A DNA stretch of 64,000 nt from Planctomycetota bacterium (GTDB lineage Bacteria; Planctomycetota; B15-G4), in the NCBI GenBank assembly GCA_965248575.1, contig CBDFJQ010000002.1:192001-256000 (forward strand). The letters are read 5' to 3'. This document shows, piece by piece, positions 34,506 to 43,223 of the stretch. Both the position numbers and the translations under genes were made by a program. The notes under the pieces were generated by a model. It did not search any database and had not been told where the DNA came from. It saw nothing but the letters and a program-made list of their open reading frames with translations. How positions within the stretch are numbered: the stretch's first letter is position 1; every line of letters starts with the position of its first letter.

Positions 34506-36781
34506 GATGCCTCCAAGGGTGCCTCGGCTGACTCAGCGGGGATCCACCGCTGAAGCATGCGCGAGAGATCGTCGCGAGAGACGGGTTTACTGAGGTAGTC
34601 GTCCATGCCTGCTGCGAGCACGCGCTCGCGGTCGCCGTCCAGGGCGTGGGCGGTCATGGCGATGATCGGAATCGGTTCGCCGGAATTGGGGCGAGCGCGG
34701 ATGGCGGCCGTGGCTTCGAAGCCATCCATCACAGGCATTTCGCAGTCCATGAGGATGGCGCGGTAGTGAGCACGTTGAACCGCGTTGAGTGCTTCGCGCC
34801 CATTGGCTGACACATCCACCTGGTAGCCGAGCTTCTCAAGGGTTCGGGCCGCGACCTTCTGGTTGATGAGGTCATCCTCCACGACCAACACGCGCTGGCC
34901 GCGACCGCCGCTGGGTCGTGCCAGGATGTCGTTCGTCGGGGCTGCGATGGGAGGCGCGGTCTCCGGCTCCGTCTCGGTAGTCGCCGCGGTGACGGATGCG
35001 CAGCGCGCGGTGAACCAGAACGTGCTGCCCCGGCCGACCTGGCTGTTGACGCCGATGTCTCCATCCATGGCACGCACGAGCAGGCTGCAGAGCGCCAAAC
35101 CGAGCCCCTGGCCGTCCGCATTGCGCGCGGAATCGGTGCTGTGGCTGAAGGGTGTGAAGAGGTGCTTGCGGGCCTCCGGCCCCACGCCCACGCCGGTGTC
35201 ATGCACCTCGAAGCGGACGGCCATGTTGCCCGTGGGCTGGAGCTCCGGTCGCGCGCGCAGGATGACATCGCCCCAGTCGGTGAACGCGACGGCATTGCGC
35301 ACGAGATGGGTGAGCACCTGTCGAATGCGCTCCACGTCGGCTCGGACCACGTCCGCTAGATCGGGATGCACTTCGATGTCGAGCAGGAGGCCCTTGTCGC
35401 TGGCGTCCTTGCGAACCAGGTCGGTGACCTCACGCAGGAGGTTACGCACCCGGAAGTCCTGTTCATCCAGCTCGACCTGGTTGCGCTCCAGTCGCGAGAA
35501 GTGGATGACGTCGTCGAGCAGGGTGCGCAGCGAGTTCCCTGACCGGGACACGGCTTCCACGCACTCAGACTGTTCGGTCGAGAGCTCGGTCTCGGTGAGC
35601 AGTCCGGTCATGCCGATGATGCCGTTCAGAGGAGTCCGTAGGGCGTGGCTCAGGCGGCTGACGAACTCCGACCGGGCGGCGCTCGCGCTTTGGGCCTCGT
35701 CTCGAGCAGCGCGCAGCTCCTCGGCGTACAGGCCCAGCTGCTGGGTGCGCTCCTGCACCCGTGCTTCCAGCGTGTTGTTGAGCTCACCGAGTCGCGACTG
35801 GGAATGCGTGAGGCCGTGCAAGGCATTGCGCATCGAGGAATCGAGCAGCCCGAGTTCGTCGCTCGAGTTGGTAGCGCGGGGTGGAATGCTGCGACCGCTG
35901 TCGAAGGCCTCGACAGCCGTGAGGATGTTGTGGAGGGGGCGCACCACGGTGACGCGCAGGCTCAGCCAGGTCAGCAGGACCAGCACCACGAGCGAGCCCA
36001 GACCGATCTGGGAGATGCGGAGTTCGACCCCTTTCATGCCAGCAAGCAGCGACTCGGAGGCGTCGTGCAGGCTGACGACCCCACCCAGGAGGGTGACCGG
36101 CTCGGAGACGCTGACCTGCTCGTCGGTGTGCAGGCAGCGGGCACCGGGGTCGACGATGTGCTGGCCGTCGTCCGATGCCAGTACCAGGCACGCGCCGGGA
36201 TGCACGCGTGTCGTGAACGCCAAGGCATCGACGACCACGCGTTCCAGGTCCATCAAGCCCACAGCACGGATTGAGCCACGCCCGACGAAGAAGGTGCCGC
36301 GCGGGATCGACGCCCACCGACCACCCTCCCAGCGGATGACGCCGTCCAGCTCGTTCAGGAAGGCCTCGTCCTGAAGGGTCGAACTCTCGTTCCATGGGAT
36401 GTCACCCGACTCACCCACGGTGGAGAAGACGGTGCCGTCTGCATCCACCAGGGCAACGACACGGAGCTCGTCGATGCGGTCCACCAGTTCGCGGCTCAGG
36501 CGCTCGACGTTCAGCAGGGCTTCCGCCCGGGCGGTCTCGTTCTCGACGATGGCCCACTGCCCCAGCCCATGGGAGTTGAGCAGGCTGTCGAGGCCCTCCT
36601 GCAGCATGTCGACATGCTCGTCGACGATCTCGGATGCGTAGGATGCCGAGCGCGTCATGTCCGTTCGCGCCGTGTTCAATACCCGCCCGGTCCACTCCAG
36701 GTGCACCAGGGCCAGCAGCCCGAGGATGAGCGCCAGCACGGGAATGGTGACGCGCAGCAGGAGTTTCGTGGAGAGACTCAT
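34502..36781 (-). CDS. Hybrid sensor histidine kinase (TM-HAMP-HisKA-HATPase-REC)
   Basis: SHALRTPLNG H-box, DTGVG, GQGLGL, GSTFWF; REC with VEDD, LMDCEMP, MTAH and KP. Confidence 0.9.
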   Translation of the reverse strand: MSLSTKLLLRVTIPVLALILGLLALVHLEWTGRVLNTARTDMTRSASYASEIVDEHVDMLQEGLDSLLNSHGLGQWAIVENETARAEALLNVERLSRELVDRIDELRVVALVDADGTVFSTVGESGDIPWNESSTLQDEAFLNELDGVIRWEGGRWASIPRGTFFVGRGSIRAVGLMDLERVVVDALAFTTRVHPGACLVLASDDGQHIVDPGARCLHTDEQVSVSEPVTLLGGVVSLHDASESLLAGMKGVELRISQIGLGSLVVLVLLTWLSLRVTVVRPLHNILTAVEAFDSGRSIPPRATNSSDELGLLDSSMRNALHGLTHSQSRLGELNNTLEARVQERTQQLGLYAEELRAARDEAQSASAARSEFVSRLSHALRTPLNGIIGMTGLLTETELSTEQSECVEAVSRSGNSLRTLLDDVIHFSRLERNQVELDEQDFRVRNLLREVTDLVRKDASDKGLLLDIEVHPDLADVVRADVERIRQVLTHLVRNAVAFTDWGDVILRARPELQPTGNMAVRFEVHDTGVGVGPEARKHLFTPFSHSTDSARNADGQGLGLALCSLLVRAMDGDIGVNSQVGRGSTFWFTARCASVTAATTETEPETAPPIAAPTNDILARPSGGRGQRVLVVEDDLINQKVAARTLEKLGYQVDVSANGREALNAVQRAHYRAILMDCEMPVMDGFEATAAIRARPNSGEPIPIIAMTAHALDGDRERVLAAGMDDYLSKPVSRDDLSRMLQRWIPAESAEAPLEAS

Positions 36782-36891
36782 GGCCTGCGGTCCTCCCGGA
36801 ACGGGTGGTCCGGCTGATTGGCTGGCGGAGCGGACGAGCCCCAGCAAGGGCGGGCAGAGCAGAACGTGCTGTCTCCCCGTGTGTTCACGAT

Positions 36892-38313
36892 TCAGAACCG
36901 GATGGGCAGGCGCCAGGCGCGCGGGGTGAAGAGCGAGAGGATTCCCTTGCCGAGCCACTTCAGGTCGCTCCAGCCCGTGCGGGTCTCGGCGTAGAGGGCT
37001 TCCAGCAGCAACTTGTCTTCTTCGGGGGCGTCTTCGGGCGTTCCGAGCGGCGCCGGTCCGAGCAGGCCCACGGGCGCACCTTCGCGCACGCGCTCCCAAT
37101 CCTCCGTGTGGCGATCGTTGGTCTCTGGCGTCAACGGTTGGACGCCGATCAGGGCAAGGTCGCCGCTGATGACTGCAAGGATGCGGGGCATGTTTCGCAA
37201 CACGGGGACGTGCGTGGCCGCCTCGATGGTCTCGAACTCGCCGGGTACCGAGCGGCCGTCTTCGTTGAGGGTGCGTCGGTTGCCACGCAGGCGCAGGCGC
37301 TTCAAGGGCTGCTTGTGATTCACCCGCCAGGAGTCCAGCAACATCACAGGCCAGAGAGGCAGGGACAGCGCCAGCAGCGCAACGCCCAACACGCGATCGA
37401 CGGCGCGTTTCAGGACCGCGCCCGGCATCCGCACGCTGAGGTCGGCGAGCAAGGCGGGGTCCGAAACGTGCACCACCACTCCGGTGTCGATGCGGATCAG
37501 ATCTTGCTTCCAGGCGATGGCATTCTCGAGTTCGACCATGGGGCCCACGTACGTGTGAGGCAGAATGACGGTGTTGCGCAGGGTGGTCTTGTTGTCCACG
37601 ACGACGTTGTCGGAGAGGACCACGCCGCCGTCAAACGTCACGCCACTCTTGACGCTGACGCCCTGGCCAGCGAAGACCGGGCCGTCATGTCTCAAGTTGG
37701 AAGGTAGGTTGGCCTGGCGCCGGACGATCACTCCTCCCGGCAGTTGTCGACCCGGGATCATCAGGCCGGGGAAACAGCCCTGGATGGCGTCGATGTTGGC
37801 CTTGTGGAAAGCCGCCAGGGTGCTGACTGGAACGGCATGCGCGCCGTCGATCTCGATGTCCTGCACGTTCCATTCCGAACCTCGGATGACGCGCCAGAGG
37901 CCCGCAGAGCAGCCAGCCACCACGGCCCGCAGCGTGACGCCGTCGTAGCCGGTTGCCGCGCTGAGGAAGCGACCCACGAAGGAGGAGCGTAGGACGTCCG
38001 CATGCATGGCCACGTACTCGTCGCCCAGGTAGGAGCTGACACGGGCGGCGATGGCGTCGTAGCCCTCGTTGCCACGGGTAGGCAGGTACCGGATGGCGGC
38101 ACCGAAGCGCGAACCGTCGCCCAGTTCCCGCTCGACCTGGGGGGCGCGGTCGGAGGTAGCGACCACCATGTCCCGTACACCGGCGGCCACCAGGCTCTCC
38201 ACGGCGTGGACCACGAGCGACTTGCCCACGACGGGCAACATCGCCGTGCAGGTGTGATCTGTCAGCGGTGCCAGCTTGCCGAGGTCGCGGTCAGCGAGGA
38301 GCAGGGCTTTCAC
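36892..38313 (-). CDS. Nucleotidyltransferase-like / left-handed beta-helix / phosphoglycosyl transferase-like fusion protein
   Basis: N-terminal NTP_transferase-like (MKALLLA...PLT...MLPVVGK), hexapeptide-like repeats, C-terminal KRAVD...GDLALIG Bac_transf-like domain. Confidence 0.75.
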   Translation of the reverse strand: MKALLLADRDLGKLAPLTDHTCTAMLPVVGKSLVVHAVESLVAAGVRDMVVATSDRAPQVERELGDGSRFGAAIRYLPTRGNEGYDAIAARVSSYLGDEYVAMHADVLRSSFVGRFLSAATGYDGVTLRAVVAGCSAGLWRVIRGSEWNVQDIEIDGAHAVPVSTLAAFHKANIDAIQGCFPGLMIPGRQLPGGVIVRRQANLPSNLRHDGPVFAGQGVSVKSGVTFDGGVVLSDNVVVDNKTTLRNTVILPHTYVGPMVELENAIAWKQDLIRIDTGVVVHVSDPALLADLSVRMPGAVLKRAVDRVLGVALLALSLPLWPVMLLDSWRVNHKQPLKRLRLRGNRRTLNEDGRSVPGEFETIEAATHVPVLRNMPRILAVISGDLALIGVQPLTPETNDRHTEDWERVREGAPVGLLGPAPLGTPEDAPEEDKLLLEALYAETRTGWSDLKWLGKGILSLFTPRAWRLPIRF

Positions 38314-38348
38314 GTGTATGTCTCCAAGGTTCAGTGCTACGACCGCAG

Positions 38349-39107
38349 TCAGTAGGCGCCGCGGCTGAGAAGCACTGCTGGAATCGTCTTCAGCAACAGC
38401 TTCAGGTCGCCGCCAAAGCTCTGGCTCTCGATGTAGAGGCTGTCCAGCTCGACCTGCTGTTCAAAGGGGATGTCAGAGCGGCCCGTGACCTGCCAGATGC
38501 AGGTAATGCCCGGCGTGACTTCCAACCGCTTGTAGTCGTTCAAGCTGTAGTCGGCGACTTCGCTGGGGACGGGCGGCCGTGGGCCGACGAGCGACATGTT
38601 GCCCCGGAAGACGTTCCAGAGTTGAGGCAGCTCGTCGATGGATGCCTTGCGGATGAAGCGGCCGATGCGTGTGACGCGGGGGTCGTGCTTCATCTTGAAG
38701 AGCACGCCGCCGTCCATCTCGTTCTCGGCAGCCAGGTCCTTCTTGCGTTCCTCGGCGTCGAGGTACATCGAGCGGAACTTGTACATGACGAACGGCTTGC
38801 CGTGTGCGCCGACTCGAACCTGCTTGAACAGCACCGGTCCCTTGGACTCCAAGCGGATGGCGATGGCCAACGCCATGAAGAAAGGAGCGAGGGCCAGGAG
38901 CGCCGTGCCTCCGATGACGACGTCGAGCAGCCGCTTGAGCACCTTCGTGCCGAAGATCACGACGGTGAAGATCGTGTGAGTCACCCGGAAGCGGATGCGC
39001 CCCAGACGCATGCGGTTCGCGACGCCTGCGTAACGGTTCACAAGCTCTCTTTGATTGGGTTCGATGGACGGACCCGTGGATCGGCTTTTCTCGCGCGGCG
39101 AACTCAC
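38349..39107 (-). CDS. Monotopic phosphoglycosyl transferase (Bac_transf; priming sugar transferase)
   Basis: KRLLD, YKFRSM, DPRVT, SIDELPQ, MSLVGPRP, PGIT and LD..Y motifs. Confidence 0.93.
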   Translation of the reverse strand: MSSPREKSRSTGPSIEPNQRELVNRYAGVANRMRLGRIRFRVTHTIFTVVIFGTKVLKRLLDVVIGGTALLALAPFFMALAIAIRLESKGPVLFKQVRVGAHGKPFVMYKFRSMYLDAEERKKDLAAENEMDGGVLFKMKHDPRVTRIGRFIRKASIDELPQLWNVFRGNMSLVGPRPPVPSEVADYSLNDYKRLEVTPGITCIWQVTGRSDIPFEQQVELDSLYIESQSFGGDLKLLLKTIPAVLLSRGAY

Positions 39108-39216
39108 GTTGGCATTCGCTCAACTAGGGGGGCTGGGTGCTTTGTCATTCGCCTCATCGCCCGCCCGGGCCTTGCGACTAAAGTCTTCCCTACTGCAGCA
39201 CCCGCGGAACGGCTGA

Positions 39217-40392
39217 TCAGCTCGTCCCGCTGCCTGTTTCCCGCTCCGTTCGCACCCATGCAGCCTGGCCACGAGAGGCGAGGAAGATGGCTGGGAGGCG
39301 CCCGAGCTTCCAGGCGATGTAGAACGGGGCTGAGAGCAGCGCCAGGATGTCCCGGAGTCCCCCCTTGCCCACAACGAGGGCGCAGGCAACGTGCAGGGCG
39401 ACGGTTCCCAGGCCCACAGCCGCGAGCGCTCGTCCCCATGTGGAGGGAAGCGCCGCCAGGATGCCGAGCAGGAAGACGTGGGTTGCCAGGGGCAGCAGCA
39501 ACAGGTCGAGCAGGGGCTCAGCCAGCCGGAGCCGTCCGCGCAGGACTTCCAGCGCGAGGCTAGGAGCGCGCTCCCGCAGCATGCGCAAGCGCCCGCCTTC
39601 CCAGCGGGAGCGTTGGGTGGACACACCCTGCCCGCCGGTCGGCATCACGGCGCGAACGTCGGTTTCAGCGGCGAAGTGCACCCTGCGCCCCGCGCGCACC
39701 AAACGCAGGTGGTACTCCAGGTCTTCCACCACGGAGGTGGCGTCGTAGGGCACCTGGCGCAGGGTCTCGGCTGTCAGTGCGAAGCCGTTGCCATAGATGC
39801 CGGCGCTGACGCCCCATCGTGCGCGCCCTCGGGGCCGGAGCACGTTGAAGGCGAGTAGCGCGACGTTCATGAGCCGTGTGCGCAGGGAGTCTTCGCTGTT
39901 GAGGACGCCATAGCGGCACTGGACGGCGTCGGCGCCAGAGTCGAGCCAGGCACGCATCACTGGGAGGAAGTTCTTGGAGGCCTCGGTATCCGCATCCACC
40001 ACAGCGAGAGCATCGGCGCCCTCGTCGAGCAAGATGCTGAAGGCGTGGTCGAGGGCGTGTCCCTTGCCTCGCTCCTTATCATTGGTGCGTACGAGCACGC
40101 GTGCGCCTGCCTCGGCCGCTTTGCGGCGCGTGTCATCGGTGCAGTTGTCGGCCACGACGACGACGGGCACGTCGGGATCGCTCTCAAACAGGGATTGAAC
40201 GCAGGCCGCGATGCTTCCTTCTTCGTTGTGTGCAGGCACCACGACGGCCAGGTGCAGGGCCGCTGCGTCTGGCCTGGCGTTCCTGGGGACAGGCTTCCGG
40301 GGGGGGAGCAGGCCTGCCAGGGTCAGGAGGAGCAACTCAAGGGTGCCCGGCATGGTCAACGCCGCCAGAATCACGATCCACACGGTGATCAC
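39217..40392 (-). CDS. GT2 glycosyltransferase (processive-type)
   Basis: PAHNEE, ADNCTD, GKG.AL, DAD, VED and QRSRW motifs. Confidence 0.9.
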   Translation of the reverse strand: MITVWIVILAALTMPGTLELLLLTLAGLLPPRKPVPRNARPDAAALHLAVVVPAHNEEGSIAACVQSLFESDPDVPVVVVADNCTDDTRRKAAEAGARVLVRTNDKERGKGHALDHAFSILLDEGADALAVVDADTEASKNFLPVMRAWLDSGADAVQCRYGVLNSEDSLRTRLMNVALLAFNVLRPRGRARWGVSAGIYGNGFALTAETLRQVPYDATSVVEDLEYHLRLVRAGRRVHFAAETDVRAVMPTGGQGVSTQRSRWEGGRLRMLRERAPSLALEVLRGRLRLAEPLLDLLLLPLATHVFLLGILAALPSTWGRALAAVGLGTVALHVACALVVGKGGLRDILALLSAPFYIAWKLGRLPAIFLASRGQAAWVRTERETGSGTS

Positions 40393-40613
40393 GCTGTCTT
40401 CTCCGGTGGAGCGGCGATGGGGAGGGGGCGGCCCTCAAGGGCCGCAACCCTGCTCCATCGAGCTTGGAGGGGCTCGCGCTGGAGGCGGGTCGCCCTCTTT
40501 TTCATCGTGAATTTGCCGCGTAGCATGAAGCTCAGTCCCTGGGGAAGCCGATGGGGTCTTCGGTTGCTTCCCGCCGGGAGGTTGAGCCCACATGCGCGCA
40601 AGGTGCTTGCCCG

Positions 40614-40952
40614 ATGGAATTGGATACTCGAGATGTTGGTGTCGTTCGTGTGGTCCGGCTTTCCGGCCCGCTGGACGCTGTCGCCTCAGGAGACGTACGC
40701 AAGCAGCTCAGTGAGCTGGTTCGCGAGGGTTTCTCGCGTCTGGTCATCGACCTGGAAGACGTGAGTCGCATCGATTCGACCGGCTTGGGGGCCTTGGTCA
40801 CGACGCTGAAGGCTGCTCGGGATCGCGGGGGTGAGCTGGTGCTCGCGTCGCTGAGCCCTGCCGTGCGGACGGTCGTCGAGCTGACGCGCCTGCACCGGGT
40901 CTTCGATATCTATGACGACGCGGAAGCTGCTGCGTCGGAGCTCTCCCGATGA
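40614..40952 (+). CDS. STAS domain anti-sigma-factor antagonist
   Basis: IDSTGLG phosphoserine motif. Confidence 0.9.
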   Translation: MELDTRDVGVVRVVRLSGPLDAVASGDVRKQLSELVREGFSRLVIDLEDVSRIDSTGLGALVTTLKAARDRGGELVLASLSPAVRTVVELTRLHRVFDIYDDAEAAASELSR

Positions 40953-41398
40953 CGTCCGGCGCCGCCACCCTGAAACACCGGCTGGAGGGTCTGGCGACTC
41001 TCGAGAAGGCACGTGAATTCGCGACGGAGACGTCGCGGATCCTGGGTGAGTGGGGCCTGCCGGATGATCGGCTGACGTCTTGGGAGATGGCTGTGGCCGA
41101 GATGGCCACCAACGTCGCTCGTCATGGCTATCCCGATCTGCCGGGGCCCATGGCCCTGCGCATCATCTGGGGCACGGACGGTCTGGAAATCTCGGTCATC
41201 GACCAGGGAGTCGCCTATGACCCCAATGAGGTCCCACCGCCGCCGGACCCCGATCCGGAAGATCCTTCGACCTGGCCCGAGGGTGGCATGGGCATCATGT
41301 TGGTCCGTTCGGCGGGTGACAAGCTCACCTACAGCCGCGAGGATCACACCAACACGCTGACCCTGTTTACGCGGATTCCTCGGAACCCCGTTCTCTAG
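40949..41398 (+). CDS. RsbW/SpoIIAB-like Ser kinase / anti-sigma factor
   Basis: EMATNVARHG N-box, DQG, EGGMGI and N.LTL motifs. Confidence 0.9.
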   Translation: MTSGAATLKHRLEGLATLEKAREFATETSRILGEWGLPDDRLTSWEMAVAEMATNVARHGYPDLPGPMALRIIWGTDGLEISVIDQGVAYDPNEVPPPPDPDPEDPSTWPEGGMGIMLVRSAGDKLTYSREDHTNTLTLFTRIPRNPVL

Positions 41399-41446
41399 TG
41401 CAGATTTCTACAGGCTTGGTGGCCGGACGGCCGAAGGGATGTTTGC

Positions 41447-42775
41447 ATGCAAACTCCCGTAGACAAGACGAACCGCTCCGCCGACAGCACCTTCACAGGT
41501 GAAGTGAGCGAGAGGCGGCCGACCATCCTGGTCGCCGACGACTCGGCCCTCAACCGGAAGCTGTTGGTCGCGATCCTCTCCAAAGAGGAATGCACCATCG
41601 TGCAAGCTGTCGATGGCCTCGATGCCTTGTCCAAGGCCCGGGTCGAGAAACCAGACCTCGTGCTGCTCGACATCATGATGCCGGGCAAGGATGGCTACGA
41701 GGTGTGCGCCGAGCTCAAGGCGGACCCCAAGTTCGCGAGCATTCCCGTCATCATCCTGTCTGCTTTGACGGAGCCGTCGGACAAGGTGCGCGCGCTGGAA
41801 CTCGGTGCCGTGGACTACGTCACCAAGCCCTTCGACCGGGGCGAAGTGCTGGCCCGTGTTCGAAACCAGCTGAAGATCCGGAAGCTCGCTGCCTCCCTGC
41901 AGCAGGCCAATCGCGATCTGGTTGCCAAGCAGAAGGACCTGGACGCCGACCTGCTCGCGGCCGGAGACATCCAGCTGAGCCTGATCCCCCGGGCGCGCCC
42001 GGAGATCCCCGGATTCGACATGGCCTGGCGCTTCGTACCCTGCTCCTCCGTCGGTGGCGACATCTTCAACATCGTTCACCTGGACGAAACCCGTATTGCC
42101 CTCTACATGCTCGATGTGAGCGGGCACGGCGTCCCAGCAGCCATGGTGACGGTTTCCGTGGCGCAGAGCCTGACGCCCGATGCAGGAATCGTCGTGGAGC
42201 AGGTCGACGGACACGTGGCAGGCAACGTCTCAGGCCAGGTGTTGCGCTCTCCCTCGAAGGTGGTGGAACGGCTTGACGCCGAGTTCCCGATAGAGCGCTT
42301 CGACAAGTACTTCACCATGGTCTACCTGGTCTTGGATACGGAGACCGGCGAGATGAGCTACTGCAATGCAGCTCATCCGTGCCCCGTTGTCGTGCGCGGC
42401 AACGGGGGCATCGAATTCATGGACGCGGGGGGGACCCTGGTGGGTCTTTGCGGTGTGATGCCCTTCGACGAGGGGCACCTGCGCTTGGAGCCGGGTGACC
42501 GGGTGTTCCTGTTCACCGACGGCATCACCGAGTTCGTCAACCGTGCGGGTGAGGAATTCGGCGAGGAGCGGCTCCGCGACCTGCTCGCCCTCGGGCGATT
42601 GCTGAGTGTGCAGGCAGCCTGCGACAGCGTGGTGACGGCACTTGGCGCATTCGGCCAGGGCATGAGCCCCAACGACGACGTGACCATCACGGGCTTTGAG
42701 TTTCAGGGACAGCCTGTCGACAAGAGTCTCTTGGACCAACCACCGATTGTCCCGCCAAGCGCGGAACGACCTTAG
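41447..42775 (+). CDS. Response-regulator receiver + PP2C (SpoIIE/RsbU-type) phosphatase
   Basis: REC (ADD, LDIMMP, KPF); PP2C motifs GGD, DVSGHG, FTDG and DDVT. Confidence 0.92.
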   Translation: MQTPVDKTNRSADSTFTGEVSERRPTILVADDSALNRKLLVAILSKEECTIVQAVDGLDALSKARVEKPDLVLLDIMMPGKDGYEVCAELKADPKFASIPVIILSALTEPSDKVRALELGAVDYVTKPFDRGEVLARVRNQLKIRKLAASLQQANRDLVAKQKDLDADLLAAGDIQLSLIPRARPEIPGFDMAWRFVPCSSVGGDIFNIVHLDETRIALYMLDVSGHGVPAAMVTVSVAQSLTPDAGIVVEQVDGHVAGNVSGQVLRSPSKVVERLDAEFPIERFDKYFTMVYLVLDTETGEMSYCNAAHPCPVVVRGNGGIEFMDAGGTLVGLCGVMPFDEGHLRLEPGDRVFLFTDGITEFVNRAGEEFGEERLRDLLALGRLLSVQAACDSVVTALGAFGQGMSPNDDVTITGFEFQGQPVDKSLLDQPPIVPPSAERP

Positions 42776-42786
42776 AAGGAGAAACG

Positions 42787-43125
42787 ATGAAGATCGAAGC
42801 GACTACGCAGGACGAAGTTCTCGTTGTAAAGCTCCACGAAAGCCGCCTGGATTCCTACGTGGCCACGGAGTTCCGCGACGAGATGGACCGGCTCTCCAAG
42901 AACGGTGGGTCGCAGATCGTCCTGGACCTGGGCAACGTGGAATTCGTCGATAGCTCCGGCCTGGGCGCCATCGTCACCACGCAGAAGCGCCTCGGCAGCG
43001 ATCGCGACCTCGTGATCTGCGGTGCCAACGAACCTGTCACGCGCCTCTTCAAGCTCGCTCGCCTCGACAAGATCTTCCGCATCGTCGACTCCGTCGAAGA
43101 CGCGCTGACCTCGCTCTCTTCCTGA
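42787..43125 (+). CDS. STAS domain anti-sigma-factor antagonist (second copy)
   Basis: VDSSGLG motif; AAGGAG RBS. Confidence 0.92.
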   Translation: MKIEATTQDEVLVVKLHESRLDSYVATEFRDEMDRLSKNGGSQIVLDLGNVEFVDSSGLGAIVTTQKRLGSDRDLVICGANEPVTRLFKLARLDKIFRIVDSVEDALTSLSS

Positions 43126-43183
43126 CAGCCGCGGGTTCCTGAGGGGACCCTCCGCCTTGCTGTTGCAGCTCGCATCTGGGCAC

Positions 43184-43199
43184 TGGCCCCGGTCTTGCA
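43184..43199 (+). promoter_or_regulatory. Sigma54 (-24/-12) promoter candidate upstream of glgP
   Basis: TGGCCC-CGGTC-TTGCA with exact GG-N10-GC spacing, about 25 nt before the ATG. Confidence 0.55.
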
Positions 43200-43223
43200 C
43201 GAACACTCCAACCGGATCTCGTA

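Noticed and set aside
40389..40601. 70-aa ORF upstream of the GT2 gene
   Set aside because: No motif or clear RBS; lies in the divergent promoter region.
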